A stretch of DNA of 28,295 nucleotides from Sulfolobus monocaudavirus SMV1. The stretch's first letter is position 1; each line of letters starts with the position of its first letter. A program made the position numbers and the translations under genes. Under the pieces are notes generated by a model that worked only from the letters and a program-made list of their open reading frames with translations, did no database searches and was not told the DNA's origin. Location of the stretch: sequence record NC_023585.1, one strand, 5' to 3'. Positions 1 through 8,700 of this stretch are shown here, piece by piece.

Positions 1-61
1 GAAAGAACTTGGTGGGGTTAGTATACTCAAGGATAATAAAGGAATTTACTCAGGGATAAAA

Positions 62-382
62 ATGGAATTAAGTGGCAAAGTAATCGTAAAAGAAGTACTC
101 TATAAGGAGTTGGAAAATGGTGGTGCAATCGTGGTGTACAAAGTAGTGAATGAGGACCCCAACTTACTATTTAATGATTTCTATTTTGCGACATTCGATA
201 ATACATCTTCTGAAGAAGTTTTCGGAGTAGGATATGATATCGAATCCGCACTTGAAGATGCCGAAAGGAAGTTGCAGAAAGAACTTGGTGGGGTTAGTAT
301 ACTCAAGGATAATAAAGGAATTTACTCAGGGATAAAAATTGGAATTAAGTGGCAAAGTAATCGTAAAAGAAGTACTCTATAA
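62..382 (+). CDS. Small uncharacterised protein. The frame is open to the left edge, so the gene may start outside the window; the C-terminus is shifted out of frame by the tandem duplication
   Basis: ORF 106 aa. Upstream in-frame sequence KELGGVSILKDNKGIYSGIK is the same peptide seen at the unit junction. Confidence 0.45.
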   Translation: MELSGKVIVKEVLYKELENGGAIVVYKVVNEDPNLLFNDFYFATFDNTSSEEVFGVGYDIESALEDAERKLQKELGGVSILKDNKGIYSGIKIGIKWQSNRKRSTL

Positions 383-614
383 GGAGTTGGAAAATGGTGG
401 TGCAATCGTGGTGTACAAAGTAGTGAATGAGGACCCCAACTTACTATTTAATGATTTCTATTTTGCGACATTCGATGATACATCTTCTGAAGAAGTTGTC
501 GGAGTAGGATATGATATCGAATCCGCACCGAAAGGAAGTTGCAGAAAGAACTTGGTGGGGTTAGTATACTCAAGGATAATAAAGGAAGTGGCAGAGAGAA
601 CTTGGTGGGGTTAG
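339..614 (+). pseudogene. Second, degenerate copy of the preceding ORF (TTG in place of ATG, internal deletion, altered C-terminus)
   Basis: MELSGKVIVKEVLYKELENGGAIVVYKVVNEDPNLLFNDFYFATFDDTSSEEV repeats the first copy, then diverges after the 14-nt deletion. Confidence 0.55.
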
Positions 615-772
615 GGCTTCATTGAATTTTCATGAATTTGTATCCAATCCTCAGCCCTTGGGCTTCACCAGAGTCGCGGGGCAACGCCCCTTTAGCGGGA
701 TAACCCCAACCCACCTACTCCCAGTTTGCAAGAATGAAGACATTTTTTGTTAACTCTCTTACTTATGCTTGT

Positions 773-810
773 TTCTGTCTAACTGCTTGGGCAGAAACTA
801 CCACTATTCA
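773..810 (+). repeat. Dispersed hairpin-forming repeat, copy A (upstream of the 157-aa gene)
   Basis: ttctgtctaactgcttgggcagaaactaccactattca; 34/38 identical to 16775-16812. Stem TTCTGTC/GGCAGAA is 7 bp with one G-U pair. Confidence 0.75.
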
Positions 811-866
811 GTTTTCTCTTGTTTTTCCCAGATCAGAAACTGTGAAGCGAAAAGTTTATTAATGCC

Positions 867-882
867 TCAAACAGATGTTTTA
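867..882 (+). promoter_or_regulatory. Imperfect member of the palindrome family (TCAAACAGATGTTTTA) before the 157-aa gene
   Basis: Same TCAAACANNTGTTT frame as the other sites, with its centre about 19 nt before ATG 894. Confidence 0.6.
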
Positions 883-893
883 GATGAAGCAAA

Positions 894-1367
894 ATGTCGG
901 TTTCAGTAGTCGTTCCATCAGCAAAAGCAACAGGAGCAGGTGGTAAAAAAGCAAAAACGTTCAAGGTAATTAAAGTTAGCACACCAAAGGTAAATAATGT
1001 TCATGTGCCAAAAATAAAAAAGGCGACTAGAATCCATGATCCAGGAGCAATATCAGGGTCATTAGCCAAAGTAACGTTTGGAACGAACGGGTTTGACATA
1101 CCAACAATAGCAATCGCCTTGCTAATAGTCGGTGTAATAATAGGACTATCTGGTCTCATTCTATCTATCTTCGCCACAGCTACTGCCTCAGCAATAAGCA
1201 ATCCGTCACCAGGAACGCTAGCATACAACTTGACACATCCACTAATAAACGGTATGGTATCGTTCTTCAGCTTCTTCCCAACGCTGTACGTACTCTTAGG
1301 TGTCACAGGAATAGTTCTTATCGCGGCTGGTATAATATCCATAATAATGGAGAAATTCAAAACTTAA
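894..1367 (+). CDS. Putative viral membrane protein (157 aa), basic N-terminus and two hydrophobic helices
   Basis: Hydrophobic segments IPTIAIALLIVGVIIGLSGLILSIFATATA and LYVLLGVTGIVLIAAGIISII. Confidence 0.75.
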   Translation: MSVSVVVPSAKATGAGGKKAKTFKVIKVSTPKVNNVHVPKIKKATRIHDPGAISGSLAKVTFGTNGFDIPTIAIALLIVGVIIGLSGLILSIFATATASAISNPSPGTLAYNLTHPLINGMVSFFSFFPTLYVLLGVTGIVLIAAGIISIIMEKFKT

Positions 1368-1383
1368 AACTTAAAACCCTAAG

Positions 1384-1397
1384 TCAAACATATGTTT
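1384..1397 (+). promoter_or_regulatory. CATATG-class palindrome (TCAAACATATGTTT), upstream of a TATA-like cttttaaaac
   Basis: Direct sequence match to the palindrome family; about 58 nt before ATG 1455. Confidence 0.6.
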
Positions 1398-1454
1398 TTT
1401 TCTGCGAATTCACTTTCTTCTTCTTTTAAAACTATTCTGTTATAAGATATTAAC

Positions 1455-2294
1455 ATGGCACTGAAAACACCGCCTTCAAACATAAGTTTGACAAATACGG
1501 TAGCCCCGCACCCACATACAGCTCAACAAGTTACGGCTTTATCGTTATTTCAAATACTATTATCTCCGCCATATGTTTACATCTTCATCGCTCTAGGTAT
1601 ACTAATTATAGTATTTATTGTCGTATACTTAGCGTTCAGAAGGTCGTATATGAAAGACCCCATAAGAAATGGGCTAATAAGGCAAATCCGTCGCTCTAAG
1701 AATAGTGACGTTGTAGTTGTCAATATTGATATATCTACTAGGTCTGCTCAACTATATGTAGGTGAAAAATTATCGCCGTCGTTGTACACAGTCCACGACC
1801 CAGTTACAGGCGAAGAGCTAATAGTTCCGGTCACCTCGGAATCCATGGTCGGAATGATACAATACGGGAAGATACATAGACCGTTGTTAATTACAATAAG
1901 GAAAAACAACACAATGCCGTATGCGATAAGATTAGAGACATTAGAAACATCGATACCTGTGTCTGAGTATGATACAGCGGAACCAGAATTATTAGCACAA
2001 TTGGCGAAGGTCAAAAAGATGATTACTGGTGCTATAACGTTATCTCCTACTACAAAACTCTCTATCGCTGTTGACCCTAGATTATTACTTAACCGTCGGC
2101 TATCGCAAGAGTTGGAGATATTGAGTACAATACCCACGACGGTTAAGGAGATGAATGCAAACTTAGTGAAGTTATTGAAGTTGCAGAATGAGAGTAAGCG
2201 TGTGCAATCAATGAGTAAGATAATGTTATACTTCGTCATCGGTATAGTCGTTATGATGCTCCTGGCAGTACTATTCGGTCTCCATATAATTTAA
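1455..2294 (+). CDS. Putative membrane protein (279 aa), hydrophobic helix near the N-terminus and at the C-terminus
   Basis: VYIFIALGILIIVFIVVYLAF and IMLYFVIGIVVMMLLAVLFGLHII flank a soluble domain. Confidence 0.8.
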   Translation: MALKTPPSNISLTNTVAPHPHTAQQVTALSLFQILLSPPYVYIFIALGILIIVFIVVYLAFRRSYMKDPIRNGLIRQIRRSKNSDVVVVNIDISTRSAQLYVGEKLSPSLYTVHDPVTGEELIVPVTSESMVGMIQYGKIHRPLLITIRKNNTMPYAIRLETLETSIPVSEYDTAEPELLAQLAKVKKMITGAITLSPTTKLSIAVDPRLLLNRRLSQELEILSTIPTTVKEMNANLVKLLKLQNESKRVQSMSKIMLYFVIGIVVMMLLAVLFGLHII

Positions 2295-2375
2295 GTAATT
2301 TCATTTTTTTACCACTTTACGTCTGCCCCCTCCGTGAGGTAAGCCAGACCAAGAAAATTTTTTAATAACTATTAG

Positions 2376-2389
2376 CAAACATATGTTTG
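2376..2389 (+). promoter_or_regulatory. Palindrome CAAACATATGTTTG downstream of a TTTTTTAA TATA-like box
   Basis: tttttaataactattagCAAACATATGTTTGagtg; centre about 20 nt before ATG 2403. Confidence 0.75.
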
Positions 2390-2402
2390 AGTGATGTAAA
2401 AA

Positions 2403-4661
2403 ATGAGTAGCAATAATGCTTCAGCTTCGTTGATTCCGTTAGACGAATACCTCTTCCAAGTTTTTTCCAGTTACGTTTCAACGAAAGATTTTGTATTTGA
2501 CCCCAAAAAGCCAAAGAATTACGACGGATCGTTAACATTAGTTAACTATAAGCCTATGGCAACATTTAGTTTTGAGAACTCCCAAGGATATATGCCGTTT
2601 ATACTCGAACTAAGTGTTTTGTATAAAGATATCTCAATTGATAACCCGGAAAAAATAGAAGTGAAATATGGCGAATTTGGCGAAAAGGAAAAAGAAAAGA
2701 CTATACACCTCAATTTAGGTAATCTCAGCAAGGTAATCAATGCATATGGTTTTGCGTATTACGAAAGGACTATCAATCTTAATATAATACAGGGTACTAC
2801 AAATAAAGATTTTGCTTTTAATATAATCGTGCTAGCTCCAAAAATTTCGTTTGGTAAGGACACTCCAGAAGATAGGAAATCAGCTGAGACAAAAATACAT
2901 ACGTTAATTCAAACGTTAGAATCCACTAATCCTACAATCCGAGAAAATTTCTATATCACGTATACGATTCAAACTTCCCGCTCGCGTCTCTTATACCCAC
3001 GCATTTTCCTCATCCCAAAGGGGATTGTAAATGAAGTTTCCAATTACTTGTTATCTGTGTATCAACAAAATTATGGCAACGTTACCATACCACCGGCAGA
3101 ATTTGTACCTAATGAAAATGTCCAGAGTCCTGAGTTACAGAAATTCCTTGAAAAGTTACCACTCGAAGTTATTGCCGAAGCAGTTATAGGAACGTATGGT
3201 TCTTATCCTGCAGTACTTCTACCGAAAGGGAACTATTCTCAGTATCTCACAGGAAATGAACGGATAGTCAGTCTAGAAAAAAGTGATGTAATAGTTTTCA
3301 CTACTTCTCAACAGATCCCCACTCCTCAAGCTCAGGAACAACAGAATACAGTTTTGGGTACTCCTCAGGGTACTCCTCAACAACAGCTCCCTGCTCCTGA
3401 ACAACAGAACGTAGAACAGAACGCGGTAGAAAATAGTAATACTGAGCAAAATAAAGTAGAATTAGAAAAAGTACTCAATATGGAACTTTCATTATACATT
3501 CCAGATTGGCTAAGACCATACTTAAACAGATACGGTGTAAAACAAGGGGAGTCTTTAAGCAGAAAAGAGCGTGAAGAGTTTGCCGAAAAGGTCTGGAACG
3601 AGTTACAAAAGAATTGGAATAGGATCCTAGAATTGTTAGATACCAATAACGCCAGCATTCTCCCTACCACCGTCTTGGCGTTAGTTACCAAATTCCCATC
3701 TGAATACAAATCTTCAAGCAAGAAAGTTACGTACAAGTCGGGAAATGTCATAGAAGAAACTACTAGAAGTGTTCTATCTAATATATTCGCAGAACTTAGA
3801 CAAAATTATCTTATACCGCTCCTAGACTCTTTCGCTCCAGACCAAGTGTTAGACTTAAGAGTCCTCAGACCGCTGAGTCCAGATGAGTTCGAAAGATATC
3901 AAAATCAATTGAGTAACATAGTGCAATTATACAAGTATGCGTATTTGATCTTCTCGTTCGTAAATTTATTCAAAAATAAGAGTTATGAAGAGTTAAACAG
4001 TACAACGAACCTTAAGGAAGCCAACCCTGAGAAGCTTAAATACCTTCAAGACATTGTGGACGCTTTTACAAATCTACAGTCTGCAGGTTTCTCGTTACCT
4101 TTGATTGTAGATAAAAATAACACATTGTTGGTCGGGTCGCTTAGTGAATTATCGCTGGGTAACAAGTACAATGTATTAAGAATAAATGACTTCGACATTA
4201 ACCAAGCCAATGAAGGGCAATTGAAGGAATTAAAATCGCTCTTGGATTTTGCAAAGAAAGCTTTTGACGATCAATATGGTGCGTTAATTGTTAAAACTAC
4301 TATAAGCCCCTCAACCCTCGACATGCAGGTGTTCAAAACTATAACAAAATTACTAGGAATATGCTCGGAAGAGGATGAAATCTGTTTGTATAAGGCGAGG
4401 CAAGAGTTATCAGCATTCCCTGAGACACTTAAGGACACGTTTATAGATAATGTTGCAAAGGAAACTGGAAGGAATCTAAAGTACAGAATACAATTAATTA
4501 ATCTATTCGCTACACTGTTCGCACTTGTTAACTATTACAACTATCTGTCCGAATTAAAGAAAGAAGAACTGATGAACTACGGTATTAGTAAACTAACGCA
4601 GGGCGAAGAGGAAAAAGCTAAGAAGATACTAGAAATGGTGAAGCAGGGCTTTAAGATCTGA
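2403..4661 (+). CDS. Large probable structural protein (752 aa), function unknown
   Basis: Long uninterrupted ORF preceded by a TATA-like box and palindrome, adjacent to the coat-protein-like gene. Contains a Q/P/E-rich linker (PTPQAQEQQNTVLGTPQGTPQQQLPAPEQQNVEQN). Confidence 0.8.
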   Translation: MSSNNASASLIPLDEYLFQVFSSYVSTKDFVFDPKKPKNYDGSLTLVNYKPMATFSFENSQGYMPFILELSVLYKDISIDNPEKIEVKYGEFGEKEKEKTIHLNLGNLSKVINAYGFAYYERTINLNIIQGTTNKDFAFNIIVLAPKISFGKDTPEDRKSAETKIHTLIQTLESTNPTIRENFYITYTIQTSRSRLLYPRIFLIPKGIVNEVSNYLLSVYQQNYGNVTIPPAEFVPNENVQSPELQKFLEKLPLEVIAEAVIGTYGSYPAVLLPKGNYSQYLTGNERIVSLEKSDVIVFTTSQQIPTPQAQEQQNTVLGTPQGTPQQQLPAPEQQNVEQNAVENSNTEQNKVELEKVLNMELSLYIPDWLRPYLNRYGVKQGESLSRKEREEFAEKVWNELQKNWNRILELLDTNNASILPTTVLALVTKFPSEYKSSSKKVTYKSGNVIEETTRSVLSNIFAELRQNYLIPLLDSFAPDQVLDLRVLRPLSPDEFERYQNQLSNIVQLYKYAYLIFSFVNLFKNKSYEELNSTTNLKEANPEKLKYLQDIVDAFTNLQSAGFSLPLIVDKNNTLLVGSLSELSLGNKYNVLRINDFDINQANEGQLKELKSLLDFAKKAFDDQYGALIVKTTISPSTLDMQVFKTITKLLGICSEEDEICLYKARQELSAFPETLKDTFIDNVAKETGRNLKYRIQLINLFATLFALVNYYNYLSELKKEELMNYGISKLTQGEEEKAKKILEMVKQGFKI

Positions 4662-4682
4662 TAATATTTTTTAACCTCCAGC

Positions 4683-4697
4683 TCAAACATATGTTTT
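4683..4697 (+). promoter_or_regulatory. Palindrome TCAAACATATGTTTT before the coat-protein paralog
   Basis: tattttttaacctccagcTCAAACATATGTTTT; centre about 17 nt before ATG 4708. Confidence 0.75.
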
Positions 4698-4707
4698 GTG
4701 TGGAAAA

Positions 4708-5076
4708 ATGAATTGGTCAAATTGGGTTAGATCTGAGTTCGACGACTTACATCCAGAGAAGTATGCCAGAGACGCACTACATAACTTTCTATTATTCGAA
4801 AAAGGTGAAATAGACTATCCAGAAGTAACGCTAAAAATCGCAGGGGACGAGGCTTGGTCTGACGCCTTCCCACCCCTAAGGAAAGCGTTACATGACCTAG
4901 TCCTTCTAATAAAAGATAAGATAAAAGAGAATGGTGTACCAGATGGCGAACCCGTACCAGAATATGTTAGGAAAGAAATACTTAATGAAGCTAAAAAACG
5001 CGGACTATTGCAAACATTAGAAGAATGGGCGAATGGTTTTAAAGAATCCCAAATTTTGAACGAAATGGGTGATTAA
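4708..5076 (+). CDS. Major-coat-protein-like paralog (fusiform virus P131-like helical coat protein). Start moved to ATG 4708, inside the supplied ORF 4696..5076
   Basis: YPEVTLKIAGDEAWSDAFPPLRKALHDLVLLIK aligns with YPTITLKIAGIEANATRDGYPQVKEILHKVVEAIR of the gene at 16886. The supplied start at 4696 lies inside the palindrome region. Confidence 0.7.
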   Translation: MNWSNWVRSEFDDLHPEKYARDALHNFLLFEKGEIDYPEVTLKIAGDEAWSDAFPPLRKALHDLVLLIKDKIKENGVPDGEPVPEYVRKEILNEAKKRGLLQTLEEWANGFKESQILNEMGD

Positions 5077-5395
5077 AGATGGGTTTTTTTCTGACCTAGC
5101 AACAGCGTTACGTTCATCTATTTCTTTCATAATTATTGCTATGTTTACGATAATATTCATTATAGTTTTCGGTCTTCTTGTGTATATTTTCAATATTTTT
5201 AACGTTACACAGTCTCAAGTGTCTAACACTATTCAGCCTACGAACAATATTTCACATGTAGTCTCCGCAGATATACATAATGCTTACACAGGTTTTGTTC
5301 CGTATATAAACTACTGGATGTATGGACTTGGAATAGGCATAGTCGTAGCTATCATTTTTATTATAGCAACATCAATCAGAGAAGAAGGTGATTAA
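5069..5395 (+). CDS. Small two-helix membrane protein (108 aa), GTG start, overlaps the upstream gene
   Basis: SISFIIIAMFTIIFIIVFGLLVYIF and MYGLGIGIVVAIIFIIATSI. Confidence 0.7.
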   Translation: MIKDGFFSDLATALRSSISFIIIAMFTIIFIIVFGLLVYIFNIFNVTQSQVSNTIQPTNNISHVVSADIHNAYTGFVPYINYWMYGLGIGIVVAIIFIIATSIREEGD

Positions 5396-5397
5396 GA

Positions 5398-5724
5398 ATG
5401 GAATTGAAACCGTCCATAACTACTGCAGTAGTATTTTTTGCGTTAGCTACAATGCTAGTATTCGTAGCTTTCCCGTTCTTTAACCTTATAAGTAAACAAA
5501 CTCTCATCATCTCTAACTCTTCTATAATATATACAAATACCACAAAAGAATCGATACAGATAGCTAATTCTACATTTACGCTAAACCAACCGCAGTATTA
5601 TTCCCAACAATACAATGTATTGCTAATGTTATACAGCATTATCGCATACCCGTTTTTTGATATTGTAGTTTTCGCAATGATCGTCGGTTTGGCGTTTATT
5701 TATTGGTTTTTACGGGAAAGATAG
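5398..5724 (+). CDS. Small two-helix membrane protein (108 aa)
   Basis: TTAVVFFALATMLVFVAFPFFNLI and IIAYPFFDIVVFAMIVGLAFIYWFL; starts 3 nt after the previous stop. Confidence 0.7.
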   Translation: MELKPSITTAVVFFALATMLVFVAFPFFNLISKQTLIISNSSIIYTNTTKESIQIANSTFTLNQPQYYSQQYNVLLMLYSIIAYPFFDIVVFAMIVGLAFIYWFLRER

Positions 5725-5760
5725 TAGAGCGGGAGGGGACGAGAAAAATCAAAACTTTTT

Positions 5761-5772
5761 AAACAGCTGTTT
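5761..5772 (+). promoter_or_regulatory. CAGCTG-class palindrome (AAACAGCTGTTT) fused to a TATA-like cttttt
   Basis: aaaactttttAAACAGCTGTTTGAGAGAGA; centre about 26 nt before ATG 5793. Confidence 0.75.
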
Positions 5773-5792
5773 GAGAGAGAGAAGAGATATAT

Positions 5793-8700
5793 ATGATGAG
5801 TGCTAATACTATCGCACAGCAGATAAACCAGTTACTCTCTGAGGGCAAATATCAACAAGCACTGCAATTAGCACAACAAAACGGTTTAACTCAAACTGCA
5901 CAAAAAATCAAAGCGCTAATATATGTGCAACAAGCAATTAATGACGCAGAGAACGGTAACATCGACCAAGCGTTAACAGATTTGCAGAATGCGCAAAAGC
6001 TAAACCCGAATATTAACTTACAGCCTTATTTCGCTTACATCAATGTTATTCGGCTTTTCAATTCTGCAAACGAGGCATTGAAGAACGATGATTATGACAC
6101 CGCTTTGAGTGACCTAAACCAGGCTCTGCAAATAGCCCAACAATACCCAAATGTAATCAACGTAACACAAATACAGCAACAAATACAGACAGTGCAGGCA
6201 CTACAACAGATACAACAATACATCAATAACGCTAACAATGAATTGGAAAAAGCCCACTTCGCAGAAGCTTATCAGTATCTTCAGGAAGCACTGCAATTAG
6301 CACAACAACATAACCATAACATCAGTGACAAGAGGCTTGAAAACGTAACAACAGCTGTTTCTTACTTAGCGAAGATACCTGCGTTCCCGCAACCTCCACA
6401 AGGAGAAATAACATTACAGAAGTTACAACAATACCTGCAGGAGTTACAATCATACTTTGCCACTGCATCACAATATGCTACACAAGCATCACGTTATTAC
6501 AGCGGTTTTTCAGTCCTTGCAAATAGGTATCAACGGTCTCAACAGGTCAGTTCTCAGCTTCTGGGCATAGTCAATCTACTAGTTAATGCACAGAATACTG
6601 CAGAACAGAACAAGAATTCAACGTCTGCAATACAGAGTGCAATAAACCTTATAAAACAGGCACAGAATCAGTTGCAGAATGTTAACGCTAACAATACACC
6701 GTTATCAAGTTTAGCAAGTTCGTTATCCGAAACTGTCCAAGAAATGTATACTAAATACACTGCTTACCTGCAAATACTTGAAGATATAAAAAAAGGGCAA
6801 CAAGAAGCAGAAAGTGGAAATTATTCTGAAGCTGTTCAATATCTGCAACAAGCTTCACAAATAGCACAACAGAACGATATTGCCATAAATTTAACTTCGT
6901 ATATTCAAGGTTTTACGATTTTGGAGGGCTTACAGCAATTACCCAAACCCCCTTCAACACAAACATTCCTTTCTCTTTCTCAATATTTCAACGAAGTGTA
7001 CCAAATTCTTCAGCAGAACTACCAAGTGTTACAAAAGGCTTCCAAATACCTTCAACTAAATTTGCAGTCAGTCCAGGGTGATATCCAAGACGCAAAGAAC
7101 ATATCGCAAGCTATGCAGTTGTTAGCAGAAGCTCAGCAATTGCTCTCGCCACCATCGTCCAACATCGTCAACGCCATCAGCACAATCCTAGCGAATAAGG
7201 ATAAGATTCTAAGCGATATTTCGCAGGCTCTGCAGTTGCTGAGTGAGAGCGAGACCTATGATATGCAAAGTTCCGCCAAACAGCTGTTTGAAATAGTACA
7301 GAACTACCAAACCCAGGTGCAGACGTACTTGGCAGGACTTGAGAAGACACAACAGGTATTAGATTACTTGAACACTGTAAACGCACTCGTAACTCAGAAA
7401 GTAAATGCTAGCTCCCCATCAGCATACTTCATCGCTTTACAAAACAACTATACTGAGGCTCTTAGGGTGTTAAAGAACGCAATGTCTTCCGCTATGCAAG
7501 CTAACTCTCTTTTCGAGCAGATAAAAGCTACACCACCATTTGATATGAATCAATTTGAAAAAGAGAATATTGCGTTAGAACAGTTTATTCAGTTATTCGG
7601 GACTACTGCAAGTGCATATTCGTCTATTGAAAGTTCGTTAAACAATCAAAGTAACTTAAGTACCCCCTCGGATTATGCGAAGTATTACCAGAATGTAGTT
7701 TCTACAATACAGAAGGCAATACAGAAAATAAACTCCCTCAACATTACTGACAATGATGTTGATAAAGTAAGACAACAAATAATTCAATCATTACAGGAAA
7801 ACGAGATTAACTACTCAGCTCTATCCCATGCCTTTAACATAATAGCTTCTGCAACCACTGAAACTGAAAGACATGTACAATATGGACATAGACCTAGCGT
7901 AGGTGGAAATTCGGTACAAGCCTTGGCTCAAGCTTACAAGGAAGCATCACAATACCTTTCTCAGTACCAAGCACTTCAATCTGTCGCACAACAATTTGCA
8001 AAAATGGGCGAATTCTACACCCTAATTGCACAAGCTAATGAACTTCTTCAACAATCACAGAATTCCTCTACTAGTACTAAAATTTCTTTAATGGAACAGG
8101 CAAAGGGGTATCTCCAACAAGCACTTCAGTATATTCCGTCGAACTCACAGGCATACCAAAACATTCAGAATGAGATATCAAATATTAACAAAGCAGTAAA
8201 TGTATTGCAGAATGCACAACCTTTAGAGCAACAAATAAAGAATGCGTTAGCTAATGGAGAGTGGGTTTCTGCTTTATATTATTATAAAGAATTATTGCAG
8301 AAGACACAGGGTACTGATATCAATAATGTGTTTAACGACGTATCACAAAATAATTACTTCAAAGCGATACAGGACGTTAACAGCAACTCATCCCTTCAAC
8401 CACAACAAAAACAGTTCCTGAATAGCCTTATAGCTATCATAGGTATCAGTAAGTATTACTTGCCTCTGATGAATTCCTCACTACAACAGGCTCATTTACA
8501 GGCGTCTTCTTGGCTACAGGCGTTATCTGAAACCTTCAATTTCGTCCAACAGATGCAACCAGTAGCTACCAATTTGCAGAACGCACTTCAGTATGCCCAA
8601 GATGCTGAGAACTTAGCACAATACGTTTCTCCTCAGCTACAACAGAACTTGTCCCAGGTGGTGTCAAAGATTCAACAGCAGTATAATGCAGTTGAGGAAC

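Larger units (their letters stand above)
1..614 (+). repeat. Tandem array of a ~278-nt unit carrying a small ORF (2 full units plus a decayed third)
   Basis: 'gaaagaacttggtggggttagtatactcaaggataataaagga' recurs at 1, 279 and 544. Copy 2 has an extra T (aaaaattgg vs aaaaatgg near 339) and a 14-nt deletion (cacttgaagatgccgaaagg -> caccgaaagg near 526). Confidence 0.9.

Noticed and set aside
1001-1360. Antisense ORF (119 aa) opposite the 157-aa gene
   Set aside because: Fully overlaps a convincing membrane-protein gene and looks like a shadow ORF.
1748-2239. Antisense ORF (163 aa) opposite the 279-aa gene
   Set aside because: Shadow ORF with no promoter or recognisable motif.
6351-6360. ACAGCTGTTT as a further regulatory site
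   Set aside because: Only one arm complete (preceded by aacgtaaca); below the cutoff used for the family.
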